A DNA stretch of 64,000 nt from Amoeboaphelidium protococcarum X5 (lineage: Eukaryota > Fungi > Aphelidiomycota). Shown in pieces: positions 36,473-49,701 of this stretch. Position 1 is the stretch's first letter. The number at the start of each line of letters is the position of its first letter. Location: the NCBI GenBank assembly GCA_023515725.1, contig JALDTO010000266.1, positions 766,970-830,969 on the forward strand, in the 5' to 3' direction. Both the position numbers and the translations under genes were made by a program. The notes under the pieces are model-generated. The model was not told the DNA's origin and did no database searches. It saw only the letters and a program-made list of their open reading frames with translations.

Positions 36473-39400
36473 TCAGCTCTTGTATTAATGAGGTTTTCTA
36501 TTTCTAGCGCTTTCGTGTTCCCATTAGTGCCATCGTTTTAGGACCAACTGATTATGGGCAGAGTCGCTCGCATTTTATCGAGATTTGTTGAGTAGATCAT
36601 CATCGTCAATCTTGATGATGGTCTTGTTCAATTTTCGCGACTTACCCCATGTGAAGTCATCAGAGTGGTAGAAGGAGTACACAGGCATGATGAACTGCCA
36701 GAGTGGAGTTGAGACCAAGTACACTAGCATCCACCAGAAATTCCATACTGACCGAAGAGGGAAGAGGACCAGCACAACGTTCAATGCCACAATCATGGCG
36801 ATGAACACTAAAGCTATGATGGCATTGGTGGTGAGTCCACTTGTCACAATCTGCACAATGATGTAGATTAGAATAGCAAAAGCAGCCGGAGATAGTAATG
36901 TGCCTAGCAAGTCCAGAAATACAATGAACTGCATACTGAAGCAGAATATTCCGCAGAGTTTGTTCACAAATAGCAGCTCATACAGATTGTGCACCGTCGA
37001 ATTTATCCATCTCCTACGCTGAGACAGCAGTACTGACAAGGATTCCGGTGCTGTGGTCTCGCAATAAGCCTCAGGTAAGAAGAGAGTGTCGCGTCTAGGG
37101 AATGTCTTCAACAGCAGAGTGGTCAAGAATCTATCTTCACCCAGCATAAGTAGATTCTTCTTGTGCAGAGTACTAGTGTCGCATGATCCATACGCCTCAA
37201 CCAGGTCCGGATTCGCGAGTATTGGTGTCAATACACCTTTAGAATCAACCTGTCTGATTCTATACATGGACATACAGCCGGGCAGACAAGTCACGATGCC
37301 AAACAGAGACTCAAAACTCTTACCCAGAAAGTGTGCAATGTAATACTCAAACACCTAGCACATTGTTATAAAAGTATCCCATTTATTGGACAATCGTGTC
37401 TCGCCACATAAGGCCATAACTTGTGGGTACATATTCATACACTTGGTCATTTACATTAACGATTTAGGGCCAAGTTCTGTATCTGCATCGATCATCAGCA
37501 CATGATCAAACCGATCCAAATATACTCCAGACAGCTGACGAACTCTTGAAAATAGGGCGAACTCCAGAGGTGAGAATCTCTCATTTATTAGTGTGCGACA
37601 CAGTAGATTCATGAGCAATAACTAGGAGTCTCTCTTACCTCTATTACCTGGATTTTTAATTTACTCTTCATCAACGTTACCAACTTTGGCTGCTAATATT
37701 ATTGGGACACGTCTAGGAGATCCTTTGACGAATCCTGAATACACTTTACATCTATTCAGAACCTCTTCGTCATGTGCTACGGAGTTATACACTGCCAGCT
37801 GACCTTATTCATTCATATCAAAATCAATAAAATCCAAAACTATATCAGCAGTAGATCTATCATTTCCCTTACCGTACACAACGCCATCTGCAACTACAAA
37901 TATCAATTTCTGATTGTCAGGATACTGAGCATCCACGACAGAGTATAGAGTCTTTTGAATAGCAGCGACATCTTCACTGTAACATGGAACAAATACGATA
38001 ACATAATCATTTGGACGTTTTTGGGCCGACGGAGCAGCCATGGCCCAGCCCATAGAGAAGGTGTACGTAAGAGCTCCCACGTACTTGATCAAAGTTACCG
38101 ATGTGAAGATGATAATTAGTACCAGCACCGAAGTCTGAGACGCAAAACATCCTTAAGACTCTCCCTACAGTTTACCTACAAGCAGGTTCTCTTTCATGCA
38201 CTCAATAATATTGCTGGATATCAGCGAATTGGAAAAAGCAAGGGTAGCATCTCTGCCAATGTTTCTCTTCAGAATTTAATTCAGATCTTCACCCAAAAAG
38301 AAGTCTGCCTTGTCGAAATAAGTCTTGACGTCGTAGATCATCCCATTATACACCATAAAACGATCACTATTTTAAACTACATCCCAAGAGTATGATACCA
38401 TTTAATTGATACTAAGCTTTTCCAACTCACCAAATGTATCAGCACCGTGACACTCTTTGCCTTGACAGCCGGTGATGTTGGGAATTTTGGGGCATGAAGA
38501 CTGAGGGAGTGGAAACAGACCTGATGCATCCTTACCAATAAATGCAACAACTGGTGGCTGGGCATTAACTCCTCCTGGTGGATGACTTCTTGTGCGCGTA
38601 TACACACCAACTTCATACAATACACCTCTGATGATAACATACTTTTAAAGTGACGGAGAATCGACGGCAAACTCTGTCTATACTTGTTAAATAGTAATCT
38701 CTGGAAGTGGAGTACAAATGACAGTAGACAAGCCAAAACATAGAAATCCAAACGCAACACTAAGAAACACAACAAATTGACAAAACATAACCTTCTCTCT
38801 CCACGCCTATTGAGCTTCAGGATTCTTAATGCCAAACACACTCAATACAAAACCAGGTATACACAACGTCATCACGAAGCTGAACACATTCCATAGTGTG
38901 AACCAATCTCTAAATGATTACGCGTTGCTATTAGAATCTCGTCGATACCGACTAATTAAATCTACAATACTTTTATGTCCATATTCACTTGCTACATCTC
39001 GTGCATCTTTCTGTTATGAATTAGGGACATTTGAATCCGCACCTTTATTTAACAAAAACTCACATAGCTCGTATAATCCTTTTGACGCTGCCAAATGAAG
39101 TGCAGTCATACCTTGCACATCAGTCTTATCAAGGAGCGCGCCTTTCTACAGCAGAAGACTGGCAATTCGAGTGCTCCCTTGCAAAGCAGCATACATGAGT
39201 GGAGTTCTCAAGTCAGCATCGATTGCATCAACTATGGCAAAGTTTTACAAAAGTTCAATAACTGCTAAATGATTATTACACAGAGTGGCAATGTGCAATA
39301 ACGTGACTTCATTAACGGGCAACGTTGCGTTTGTTTCAGCGCCCAGCTCGATCAGCCTCTTTACAATCGCATGCTCATTCATTGTTATGGCCACAGAGAG

Positions 39401-39622
39401 CGCATTGTAACCATCGCTGCCAATGTTATTGAGGAATTTATCAATATCAGGTTTACTCAGAAGAAACTCAGTTATCTATTTCGACTTGAGTTGAATCGAT
39501 TTTAGAAGGAGGTTGGAGACATACTCGGAATCATCGCCATTATTTAAAAGCTGATCATTCCACGCAGTTTTGAAAGAGTCTAAATCTGCATTCTCTATCG
39601 CCAGATACAATATATCATTCAT
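36473..39622 (-). CDS. Division-2 (class IV-like) chitin synthase with N-terminal ankyrin repeats (~1049 aa)
   Basis: ANK repeats (RTPLMYAA, GMTALHLAASKG) in frame with QQAWREK, PCYSE, PGNRGKRDSQ, DADT, CLPG, LGEDRFL, QRRRWINST. No TGA and no intron needed. Confidence 0.92.
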
Positions 39623-39869
39623 TCTTCGTCTACTATATGAAATAAAACTGTACAGTAATGCAATTAATAAAACGCAATAATTGATACAGGTGATAGTGAT
39701 TTTGCAAATTCAGTTTCATCAAAAGATGGTTGCCAAGGGATCAGTTGCTTAGAATGCAATCGGTAACTAGGCAGGCAGCAATTTTACAAAGTTCCCCAAT
39801 TCTTCGCCAACGATTAAAAAATACTTATCAGTCATTTTTAATTTCAGATATTACTTCTAAAGCAAAAAA

Positions 39870-41041
39870 ATGGCTTCAGGTTAGTAAGCAAGTCCATTCA
39901 TACTTCGACTTTTGGGCCAAGATAGTCGAGTCAAAAGTGATCACCAGCGCAAGAGAGTTCAGCATGTGTACAAGCAAATGGACAAGGAGGTTCTGAAGCA
40001 ACTAAAAAGCACAGAGTTTGATCATTGGATATATAAGGAAGATGAATAGTTAATAAATTTGAGCGCTATCATCTTCTAGCAACTAGGCCTAGTAGAGTTT
40101 CTGAAGTTGAATTTCAATGATAAAGAGGATGCAATATGGCAGTTTCTATACGCTGTTAGAGACTCGTATAACGATAATCCGTTCCATAACTTTACTCATG
40201 GATTCACAGTATTACAAATGATGTATTGCCTTATTACTGACAGCAATTTGACAGATGGAAAGATACACACCATAGACATACTGGCATTATGCATCGCTGC
40301 GCTGTGTCACGACTTGGATCATCCTGGACTGTCCAACGCGTTTCAAGTCGCCGCCCAAACGGATTTGGCTCTGCGCTACAACGACAGCTCTGTACTCGAA
40401 AATCATCACTGTGCAACCACATTTAGAATTTTAACTGATCCTGTAAGTTATATGTGATTTTGTAATCTCATTTAATTCAAGTTGGAATGTGTAGCGCACT
40501 AGCATTATTTAAAATTTAAAGTATCAAGAGTATAATCAGCTTCGAGTGGGTATAATTAACTGCATAATGGCCACAGATGTCTCTAGGCAGAGAAATTATC
40601 TAGAACGCGTCAATAGTTATATGGATGGAACGTTCTCATGGTCTATCTAAGAACATAAATTAGCTGTAAGTCTTTTTCTATAAAGCCTTTAAATACCATA
40701 AAAACATATTATGATCTCTGTAAAGGTAGGCGATGGCCATTTTAATGAAGGTGTCAGATGTAAGCCTGGAGGTCAGGCCAATGTCAGTGTCCAAACCGTG
40801 GGTCGGCAAGATTTATCAAGAGTTTGCCAATGAATCTCAAATGTTTCAATAGTTGTAAATTGAAATTCCGGCCCATTTGAAGGTGGACAGTAATAATGCG
40901 TAAGTTATCAACAAGGCTCAGCGGTAATTCATCTTACACGTTCTATTGCCCTTATTCTAGACTCTGAGCAAGTTATTTCCCCAGACTATAGATAAATATC
41001 TCGGAAAAGTGCAAGAATCCTTAAAATTATACCATGAATGA
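39870..41041 (+). CDS. Class I cyclic-nucleotide phosphodiesterase (spliced)
   Basis: YNDNPFHNFTHG, CHDLDHPGLSNAF, YNDSSVLENHH, CIMATD; introns at 40443-40494 and near 40666-40725. Confidence 0.92.
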
Positions 41042-41093
41042 TATCAAGACTATTTTGCTATTATACCGCGTCAATACAATCATACCATATAAT

Positions 41094-42055
41094 TCAATTC
41101 CAATGCTTTGATTTCATGTGTGATACAAAATCATCAATTAATACAGGCCAGGCACCTTCGTGATCGTAATTAGAAAAGTCTGCATTCACACTACTAGCAA
41201 AGTCAAAGATCATATTCCATGAATCTCGTGGAATGGCTTTACCATAATGATTCTGTACATAGTCGATCCATTGTTAGAGGTGGTGGAAATATCGTGCATT
41301 GATATTCGATTGCTGTTGAGAGGCTCTCTTGTTACTATCGCTTACAGTCTTCGTTGGAGTAAAGAGCAGATTCCATAAAGCAACCGCCATGTCAGAGCCA
41401 AGACTTTTCTGATTATAATCTTTAGCGTATCCAAAAGAGAATTAATAGACTTGGTGAAAGTACGACTTGTCACAATCTAGCTTGGACTTTAAGAGCTATA
41501 CACATTACTTCATATGAGTAATGTCAAAGCACTTCAATCGCACCCATCCATCGATCCATTGGGCACGTGTAAACTCACACATTTTGGTAGATTGTAATTC
41601 AAAAGCCAGAGCTATCATGGCCACATCATTCGCGTCCACCTCAATATCTTAACAGAATCTCACGGTACCTTCCACAAGAATTGCATCAGACTCGGCGTCT
41701 ACAATGTAATTAAAAAGTAGATACATTGATCAGAACTCTAAAGCAAATTATCTTACCTTTGTAGCTTTCAAACAACTTGGTGAGAGTCGAAGTGTCAACG
41801 CGAATCTTCTATTGCTTTGATGATAGCCCGGCGCTCATAGATAAATTAGTGTCACCATTGTAGAAAGAGTCCACTGCACGTTCCAAATTCCAATTGTACC
41901 TCTTCAAGATCCGCTGCGCTTCAAAAGACTCCATTCCGGTGAGAGACACGAACTACTTTACCACATCGGCTTACGTTTATTTAGGCTACAACTGTGATTA
42001 AGGTCAATAGAAAGACATGAGTCTGACGATGATATCTATGCCAAATGCTTACCAT
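41094..42055 (-). CDS. DCN1: DCN1-like cullin neddylation E3 (spliced)
   Basis: N-terminal UBA-like segment, FKDYNQKS, KAIPRDSWNMIFDF, NYDHEGAWPVLIDDFV; several introns. Confidence 0.88.
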
Positions 42056-42698
42056 TTTATGAATAGAATGTTAACTGAGGATCAATTCCAATACCTAATA
42101 CAAGGACAAATTAAATGAGACGATATTACACTTTCAGGACACGCAAAGAAAGATTCTTGATGAAAGTGTCACAAGAAAAAGTCAAACTTCTACAGTTAAC
42201 GCCAAGGTCACGACCTTGGAACCCATCAAACGATTGCTCCCATTGATAAGATCAAGCATTGTATATTTTCAAAACTATAATATAAGTATGTGTGGTTGCA
42301 GATGTATAGAATAAAGCCAAATGTGAGTAATTAATTGGGTGCCATTTTGCAATTCAAGTGGGATCACGAACGGAAACAAATGGATTCAGGCTGGCAACGG
42401 GGCGGAAATATTGTTATTGGTCAAGTTTGTTTCAGCTGTTTTTTGTTCGTCGCTTTTGGCTCTCAGTCTCTGTCTCTCTCTCTCTCGTTCTTCTGGCTGG
42501 AACGAAATAACATCAACTTACAGTCGTCTCTTCCTTATCAATTTTTGTGTATATTGTCTATACACTGGAGAGACATTATTTAACTAATTGAATAGTTTAT
42601 TTGTTGTTATATCAATCACCTCCTCATCTGTTGTTGAAAAGAACAAACACTTACCATCATCATTAGTTTGATAAAAAGCGTACATTAGAATTATCATC

Positions 42699-42977
42699 AT
42701 GTCTGAATTAAAGTTGTAAAAGCTTCTCAATATCAATGAGAGATTGAAACAGGAGGAGGCTCTTGAAAGAATTCCAGTCTCAAAGGCATCGAAAAAGTAA
42801 GTTTTTATTCGCAGTGAATGTCGTTGAATTAATATGTCATCTGCAATCAAATTCTGGTGAATATATTTGTGTAGTTTGGTTGATTATACAAAGAGTATGT
42901 AAGATCCTCTTGTAAAGCCTAGCGTTGAGAATCCCTTCTCTAAAAAGAGCTCAAATGGTGGATGCATAATTCTGTGA
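42699..42977 (+). CDS. Heterotrimeric G-protein gamma subunit (intron 42797-42874)
   Basis: MSELKLQKLLNINERLKQE...ERIPVSKAS...DPLV...NPF...GGCIIL (CAAX box). Not in the ORF track. Confidence 0.9.
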
Positions 42978-43125
42978 TTAATAGATGCAGAAATTGTGGT
43001 TTAAGTTATTCTTTGCTATGAGATTTATGATTATATGAAAATCCGTTCTTGATACTTAATCTTTTAATACTCTGATTTTATTATTCATACTGAGATAACT
43101 GTTCTAAGTTAAAAATGTCATTGAG

Positions 43126-45390
43126 TCATTACTCAGCAGCAGCGTGTTTCAGCAGTTTGTCAAAGGCCGCAACGTTCTTTGAAATAAGCAGATCGCCTTC
43201 ACCTTCTTGAGCATTTCTAGCAGAGAACGAGAGCGTGAAGATTTGTTTCACTTTTTAGACGAGTCTTTTACACTAGTATAGCACCTGCATTTGATGTTGC
43301 TTTGACTGTTGTTGTGCAGCGGCGACATTAGTCTACAGATACTCCATGAATATCTAAATCACGCCTTCAACAATGAGGCCCATGGTGCGTTTGAATAGAG
43401 ACTCGGGTCTGAGCAGGTTCAGGTATTTAACATCAAGCTTCGATATGACGGCATCAGTAAATGACTACATGTCCATTTCTTTGGCATACTGACCAAGTAT
43501 GACTGCAGTCTCTTGAATCAATTTCTACGTCTATTTCATGAGCAGTTGATTAGAGGCTTTGCGAATCAGCTACACTATATCAACAAAATTACAAGCCTTC
43601 TTGAGTGATTCAGACTGCAGCAGATGAGAGTGATGGTATGAGATTGTGGTCAGGTGATGAGCCATGTAACAGCAATCGTTGTGGAATATGACGGCAGCTT
43701 TCAATGTCTCCTCTCTTTAAGCACAATTGTGGGCAGAGAATCTCCAAGTGTTGATCATATTACGGATAGAGATTATAGTTTACAACTAGACTTGATCGAC
43801 AGAGGCAAGGCTTTCCAGAGACTAAAACTGTTGATAGACCATTTCCACTACCGTTTATACAACCACTGATACCTTCATTCTAGGCAAGTACATAGGAGAG
43901 TGTGCAGTTATGACTTCATTGCCATTCTTACCACTTTTAGATGAAGCATTCTAACCAGCTGAAGTTGACTTGGATCTGCCAATCTTCAATCCTCCACGCT
44001 CGGTTGACTCTTCCACCTCTACCAAACTTTCATCCTAATTCGTTACTAAATCTCTAATTTGACCCAGAATACAACTCTAATGCATAGTTTAGCACTTTTC
44101 GCGATATTTAGCCGTCAAATCACTGAGTCTGATATCATCGGATGGAATTAGATTATGGGATTGCAGTAGAGCCTCAATAGAAACGATCACGTCTAAATCC
44201 GATTGAGATTCACCATTTAGACGCATCTTTTGCATTATTAAACTCTCCAACTTTGTATAAAATAGTGGATATAGTCTGTGTATAATCATCTACATCAAGT
44301 TGAATTCCTCAATGACCGTGACTTTCTTAGACAAATAAGAAAATATAGTCACAAAACGTTGAGCAACTTCATCCAATTTCAATAAATCTTGGCCATCTTT
44401 CTTCATCAACTTTATAAATCCAAGACCACTTTCCAGAGATGAATGTATTTTAACACTTGGATCGAAACAGCTCTGGATATGTGGCTCCAATTATGCACAA
44501 ATTATGTCAACAACACGGTCTTGAAGATCAAGAATATTAGCTACTTGTATCAGTTGCAGTTACTACAGATTATAACCAGCTGATACAAAATCAGTAATCT
44601 TGATCCCATTACTACATATATCGCAAAACTATCGAACGTACATGAATACTTGAGCAGTTATTCGAGATCTCGATTCAACCAGAGCATCTTCAATAAGATC
44701 ATAAACAACTCCATCAATATCACTCCTAGACACTTATTAAAACATCTCCTCTGCGTCCACCAGAGTTGTTGCATAATCTACAAAGTCAAATGAAGCTGCA
44801 AGTTTCTCCAACAGGGCCACCACGCCTGCCAGTAGAGACAACTAATTATTCATAGACTTTATCCTAGTCAACTACTCCACATGCTAATCATTTTCAGAAC
44901 CCAGTTCCTGCTATGTTAATACAGCAGAGTTGACTGTTCTCGACCTCACATCACTGCTCAACATATGTCTGCTACCGGAACGATTAGAACCTCTGGAGCT
45001 GACAGTCAGACTCTAATCAATTACACTCAGGGCTTTAGTTAATTCTTCATCAAACTCATTTAACTGCTATTCATGAATACCCAATCCACACGCGTAGGAT
45101 TGCATAGTGTTAAGATCAAATAACGCGATACAATGACGATAAAACTCTGATTGCAGCACCTCATACTTGCCACGACAATACTCGACAATTTTGGCTGGCT
45201 TTTAGACTTCACTCTACTCTTCAATATTACCCAATTCTTAATCAAGATTTTCCAATACAGAATTCAAATGATGGAGGCCTTTACTGCGTCTTCTACCTTT
45301 AACATTTAGTCTCATAGCGGTAGTAGAATGAACAGTAGAAGTTATATCCCAAGAGCTTTCATGCAAAGAATCATCCACCTCAGTCACCAT
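43126..45390 (-). CDS. ZW10/Dsl1-like tethering/kinetochore protein (~754 aa)
   Basis: 2.3-kb TGA-free helical frame with AAVIFHNDCCYMAHHL and YLPRMKVS segments resembling ZW10. Confidence 0.65.
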
Positions 45391-45481
45391 TACAGATTGT
45401 AAATGATCACTATAGAGAATTCACACAAGATATATATAGAACGTAAGAGTAATTGAACTGCACTACAATATGCTAAAAGAC

Positions 45482-45572
45482 AGAGAGAGAGAGAGAGATG
45501 AAACTGAATTGAATAAAGTGAAATAAAGTCGCGCGTGCTGAAACAAGAAACGAGAAACGAGAGAGAGAGAGA
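45482..45572 (+). repeat. (GA)n microsatellite tracts
   Basis: Two GA runs near 45482-45497 and 45559-45572 in intergenic DNA. Confidence 0.8.
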
Positions 45573-45783
45573 GAAAGTTGATGGGAACGCTAAGAAGATA
45601 AATGAGAGAGACAGTGTACGCGACATCACCCAGCCACGCGAACAAGTGGAAACTGTCTCATTCGATAGCTCTCACAAGTTTTATAAAGTAAAATAAGAGT
45701 ATCCATACATACATATTAATGAAGGAAGGAAGAACTAACTAAATTATTGATCATCAGAAGTATTGTCACGCATCGTACGCACA

Positions 45784-46311
45784 TCAGATGGCCTACTATC
45801 TAATGACCAAATTCTTGAGCCAGTTATTCTCCTACTCCAGTTCTTCCATACGTGCGAGCAGTTTCTCCTTCTAGTCCTTCAATTCCTTGACTGATGATTC
45901 TAGCTCTGCCTCACGCTGCTTCTTCTTTTATCTGAATTTGGCTGATGCAATCGAAGACTTTCGTCGCTTAGCTTCCAACTGAGGATCAGCAGCCCTTGAA
46001 GATGATGACTCTTGAGCCTGCTACAGCTACTACTTCTTTGAAATACTCTTATTTGCATTAGATTATTCAGAATTTCCTTAAATATTTTAATCAAGTTTCA
46101 GGTCAGTCAGATTTAAAGGGTCCAACTAGAATGAATGATTAATGTTCATAGGCTCTTCAAATTGCACTGGAGCGAGCACATCGGAATTTAGCCAGTGATG
46201 CAGGTCATCCACATTACTATTGTTATTATTTCCAGCATTTAAATCTCCAGGAATACTGAGGTACTGTAGCAAATCGAAAGGCTACTATTGATTGAACTAT
46301 TCTGTAAACAT
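45784..46311 (-). CDS. bZIP transcription factor (175 aa)
   Basis: KRRKSSIASAKFRQKKKQR basic region followed by Leu heptads ending in ENNWLKNL. Confidence 0.88.
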
Positions 46312-46544
46312 ATTTTGTGAGTATTTTAATTTTCTGCAAAGTTCCGTTTAAGGTTGAATGAAGAGAAAGAGAGGGCGATCGCTCAACGATTCGATCAAAA
46401 ATTCAATGAAGAGGCGTGGCTGACTCTGGCATACATACCTATAAAACTAGGTGACATATTTATCTCAAATAGAATAACTGTACATGTTTAGCCTGATTAA
46501 ACATGCCTAAAGTTTTATGGAAGGACTCGACTATTCTAAATTTC

Positions 46545-46565
46545 GTGTGTGTGTGTGTATGTGTA
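46545..46565 (+). repeat. (GT)n microsatellite
   Basis: gtgtgtgtgtgtgtatgtgta seen directly. Confidence 0.8.
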
Positions 46566-46891
46566 TGCGTGGGCTGCATCGCTTCTTGCGGTGGAAACAA
46601 GATCACGTTTTATCTTACTCAACATACATTCATTCCTGTTACTATCATAATAATGCTTAATATGTCATATGGGTCCTACCATAAGCGTACTTTTATGAAA
46701 GCAATTAGGGTGAAGTGTCTTGTCTACTATTTCCACTATATAACAGTACGCCCCTCACACAGAATTCACCAATGATCAGGGGTTAATACTTAGAAACGGC
46801 GATTAAACCGACTGAATTTCATGTATCATAGGGGACGATATCAGATCAAAAATTAAATTAATAGTAACATCTGAAATTTTAAAGACACCTT

Positions 46892-48412
46892 ATGATATCA
46901 ATTATTTATTTTGGGTGGCTATCCGTAATATTTTAATGTGTCCTTTTTAATCATCAAGCTTATGCGTTCAATCCATAAGCTCGATATATTGACTTGACTG
47001 AAATGGCGTGGTAGAATGTAGTTGATCATAGCTTTGATCTTGATGCTCCCGTGTGGCGGAAGACTGAGAGTGCTGTGCATTATCTGGCGCGTGTTAAAGA
47101 ATATTGCTCATAGTTGAGATGGACTTTCTAGAGTATTTCAACGCGTCTGCCTCCAAAGTTGAATCCACAATAGTGCAGAGATTATGCAGCGATTGATTTA
47201 TTGCAGCAAATGCTCAGCGATATCTTGACTCTGCCTACAGTTGAGAATATGGTCAAGACTAAGCGGCTGGAGATTCCATACATAAAGCTGGATAAAATAC
47301 TTGCTATCGGCAAACAGTTTTCTCTAAAGCATCCGCGCATCTGGAGATAAGACTTGATTCAGATTGTAATGTATGTGACGGAGGACGAACTTAAATATCT
47401 AGTCAGGTTTCATAAAGATGTTATTAAAAATTCTTAATTCTAAATCGCGCTTTATCTAGAATGCTAGTAAAAGGCAAAGTTAATTATGTCTAAGGGAGGG
47501 GCAAATTAATATTTTGGAGTTGATTCGTAACAATGTGTTACTTGGTTTGACGCGTAAATGAGAGATTACTAATATCTGTTTTATATTCAACCCTTAGTAG
47601 TGGACTACGCTCTTAGAATGTCCTTGGATCTGACATCGATTAAAGATTCTGACCGAATTAAAACTGAAATGAATCTTGAACAGTCTGTTATTGAAGCACT
47701 GAATCGCTTGAAACATGTTGATCTAACAGTTGCGTTTTTGGGCGACAAAAGCGATCTAGTGCTTCAACTCCTTTAGTAGATTAAATCTGGTCAGTCTTAA
47801 TAATCATCACATGCACTAGAATTCTCTGTATATACGCAATTGCCGTTCGAAGATGAATCAGACGATTCTTTATAGTTGGGTTCTCCAATCTTGGATTAGA
47901 TCTCGATAACTGGAGTGCTTGGCTTAGAATACTTTCCATTGACTGTTGATATGATAAATTTAGAGACATACTCACAATGGAGAGCTGTATTAACCAAGCG
48001 ACACGCGGCGTTTGGTACCTCAGAAATTTACATATACGGGGAGGATCGATGCTCAGAGTTTGTATTGGCTCTATCAAAATTCTTTGACACGTCTTATTAA
48101 ATGTACTCGACATCAGCTATTACATTTGATTAGGAGAAATTGATTGAAGACTTGCGCATACACACAGACTTTGAAGATGTAGTATGCGCGTCCATATTTT
48201 CCGTGATTAAGTTCATACCTGCAAAGAGGATTGAGATCATTGGTGATAATGTAAACGGTGAGATATATTAGCTGTTTGAGTTAACGATGAAGGTACTGCA
48301 ATTTCAATAGTCTGATCACATTGAAAGCGTATCGCTGCTAGAATCAGAAGACATTGTAACTGACTCTGATAGTGAGGCGTCAGACAGTATGAATATAAAC
48401 TAGGAGGCGTGA
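46892..48412 (+). CDS. Uncharacterised putative secreted protein, family member C (~506 aa)
   Basis: TGA-free frame; hydrophobic leader ending QAYA; TESAVHYLARVKEYC and IPAKRIEII motifs shared with the genes at 10338 and 13078. Confidence 0.72.
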
Positions 48413-48648
48413 GTATTACTATGTGATTGATGAAATATATAAAGCATTTCGTGGTCGTCATCAAATCAAATTCTTGTGTTTCACTGATCCCTCTTGGCAG
48501 CCAATCATGAAACGGCGCGTTAATTTTTCCTTCTTCAAATTTAGCCTCGAATCAACAGCTTTTCCCTTTGCTTCAAGCTCAGCCCTTTGATCAAACGTTA
48601 TATTTATTATTACATTTTATAGCAAAGTCCAATTTTGATTGAATAATT

Positions 48649-49638
48649 ATGGGACTTAATTTTGACGCATTTTGTAGTCAAGTATCGCTAGCTGTTTGCC
48701 CACTGGTTGGCTAGAAGAATGAAGCCACCTGCTATGCGCGCAATGTGGAAATTGTATCAGGCAGTCTCCTGTTTTAGCCAGCGACTCTGGTCATCAATAT
48801 AGTGGCACTTATAATGACTGGTATAATGATATATCACATTAAGAGCAAGTACACTGCTGTGGGCAGAAAGGAAATTGTCATGTTTTTCTACAACTATATT
48901 TTGCTGACTATTTTTGATTTCTTGCTGGTGAGTAACATTGTGCCAGTGGCCAACAGCGCCTATCCGTATATGACTGCTGCTTATTGTGGATTGCTGACCA
49001 CAATGTTTTGGATTCTTCTCCTCAATGGCTGTGTTGGATTTCAGTGGGCGGAGGATGGCACTCGATAATCGCTGTGGAGTATCAGAATAACATCACTGAT
49101 CTTATTTGCCATTGTCTTCTTTATAGCTAGCTGTACATTTACCGGTGCTGCTGGATTCAGCCCTAGTAATGCTACAGCTCTTTTCGTCGTCTACTTTATC
49201 CTCAATGGTATATTCCTCTTCATCTACGTGGTGATGCAGATCATCTTGGTCTTGAATACTTTGGACGATCGCTGGCCTTTGGGTGATATCCTGTTTGGAC
49301 TGGCCTTTTTTATCCTTGGTCAAATTTTCTAGCTAGCTATCAGTGTTCAACTCTGTCAGGCTGCTCAGCATTATGTCGACGGCTATTTCTTTGGCACCAT
49401 CTGCTCCCTTCTCGCCGTCATGATGGTGTATAAGTATTGGGACTCCATCACGAAGGAGGATCTGGAATTTAGTGTTGCTGGTAAGCACAATGTCTGGGAG
49501 ATTCAAGATCATGTCAATGGCGGTGGATCAGCTGAGGATTCTTCAGATAAGCTGCTTGGCGGTGGTAATGGTTACAACAATGGTGATTATGAAGACTCTG
49601 CGCAAGGTGACATGAGCCAGTAAAGATATCTCTCATGA
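48649..49638 (+). CDS. CHS7: Chitin synthase export chaperone
   Basis: [53 protein letters not shown]. Confidence 0.95.
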
Positions 49639-49701
49639 TTGTCGTTGTGTTGATCTTATCATCAGAGGGCTGAACGTGTTTTAAATAAATAAATGCGATT
49701 T

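Noticed and set aside
42540-42565. Sm-site-like AATTTTTG followed by a GTGTATA/TATACAC hairpin
   Set aside because: No U1/U2/U4/U5 signature nearby; it lies in the probable 5' region of the G-gamma gene.
46577-46610. ATCGCTTCT...AAGATCA resembling the U2 snRNA 5' end
   Set aside because: It lacks the GTAGTA branch-point recognition sequence and the U2 stem.
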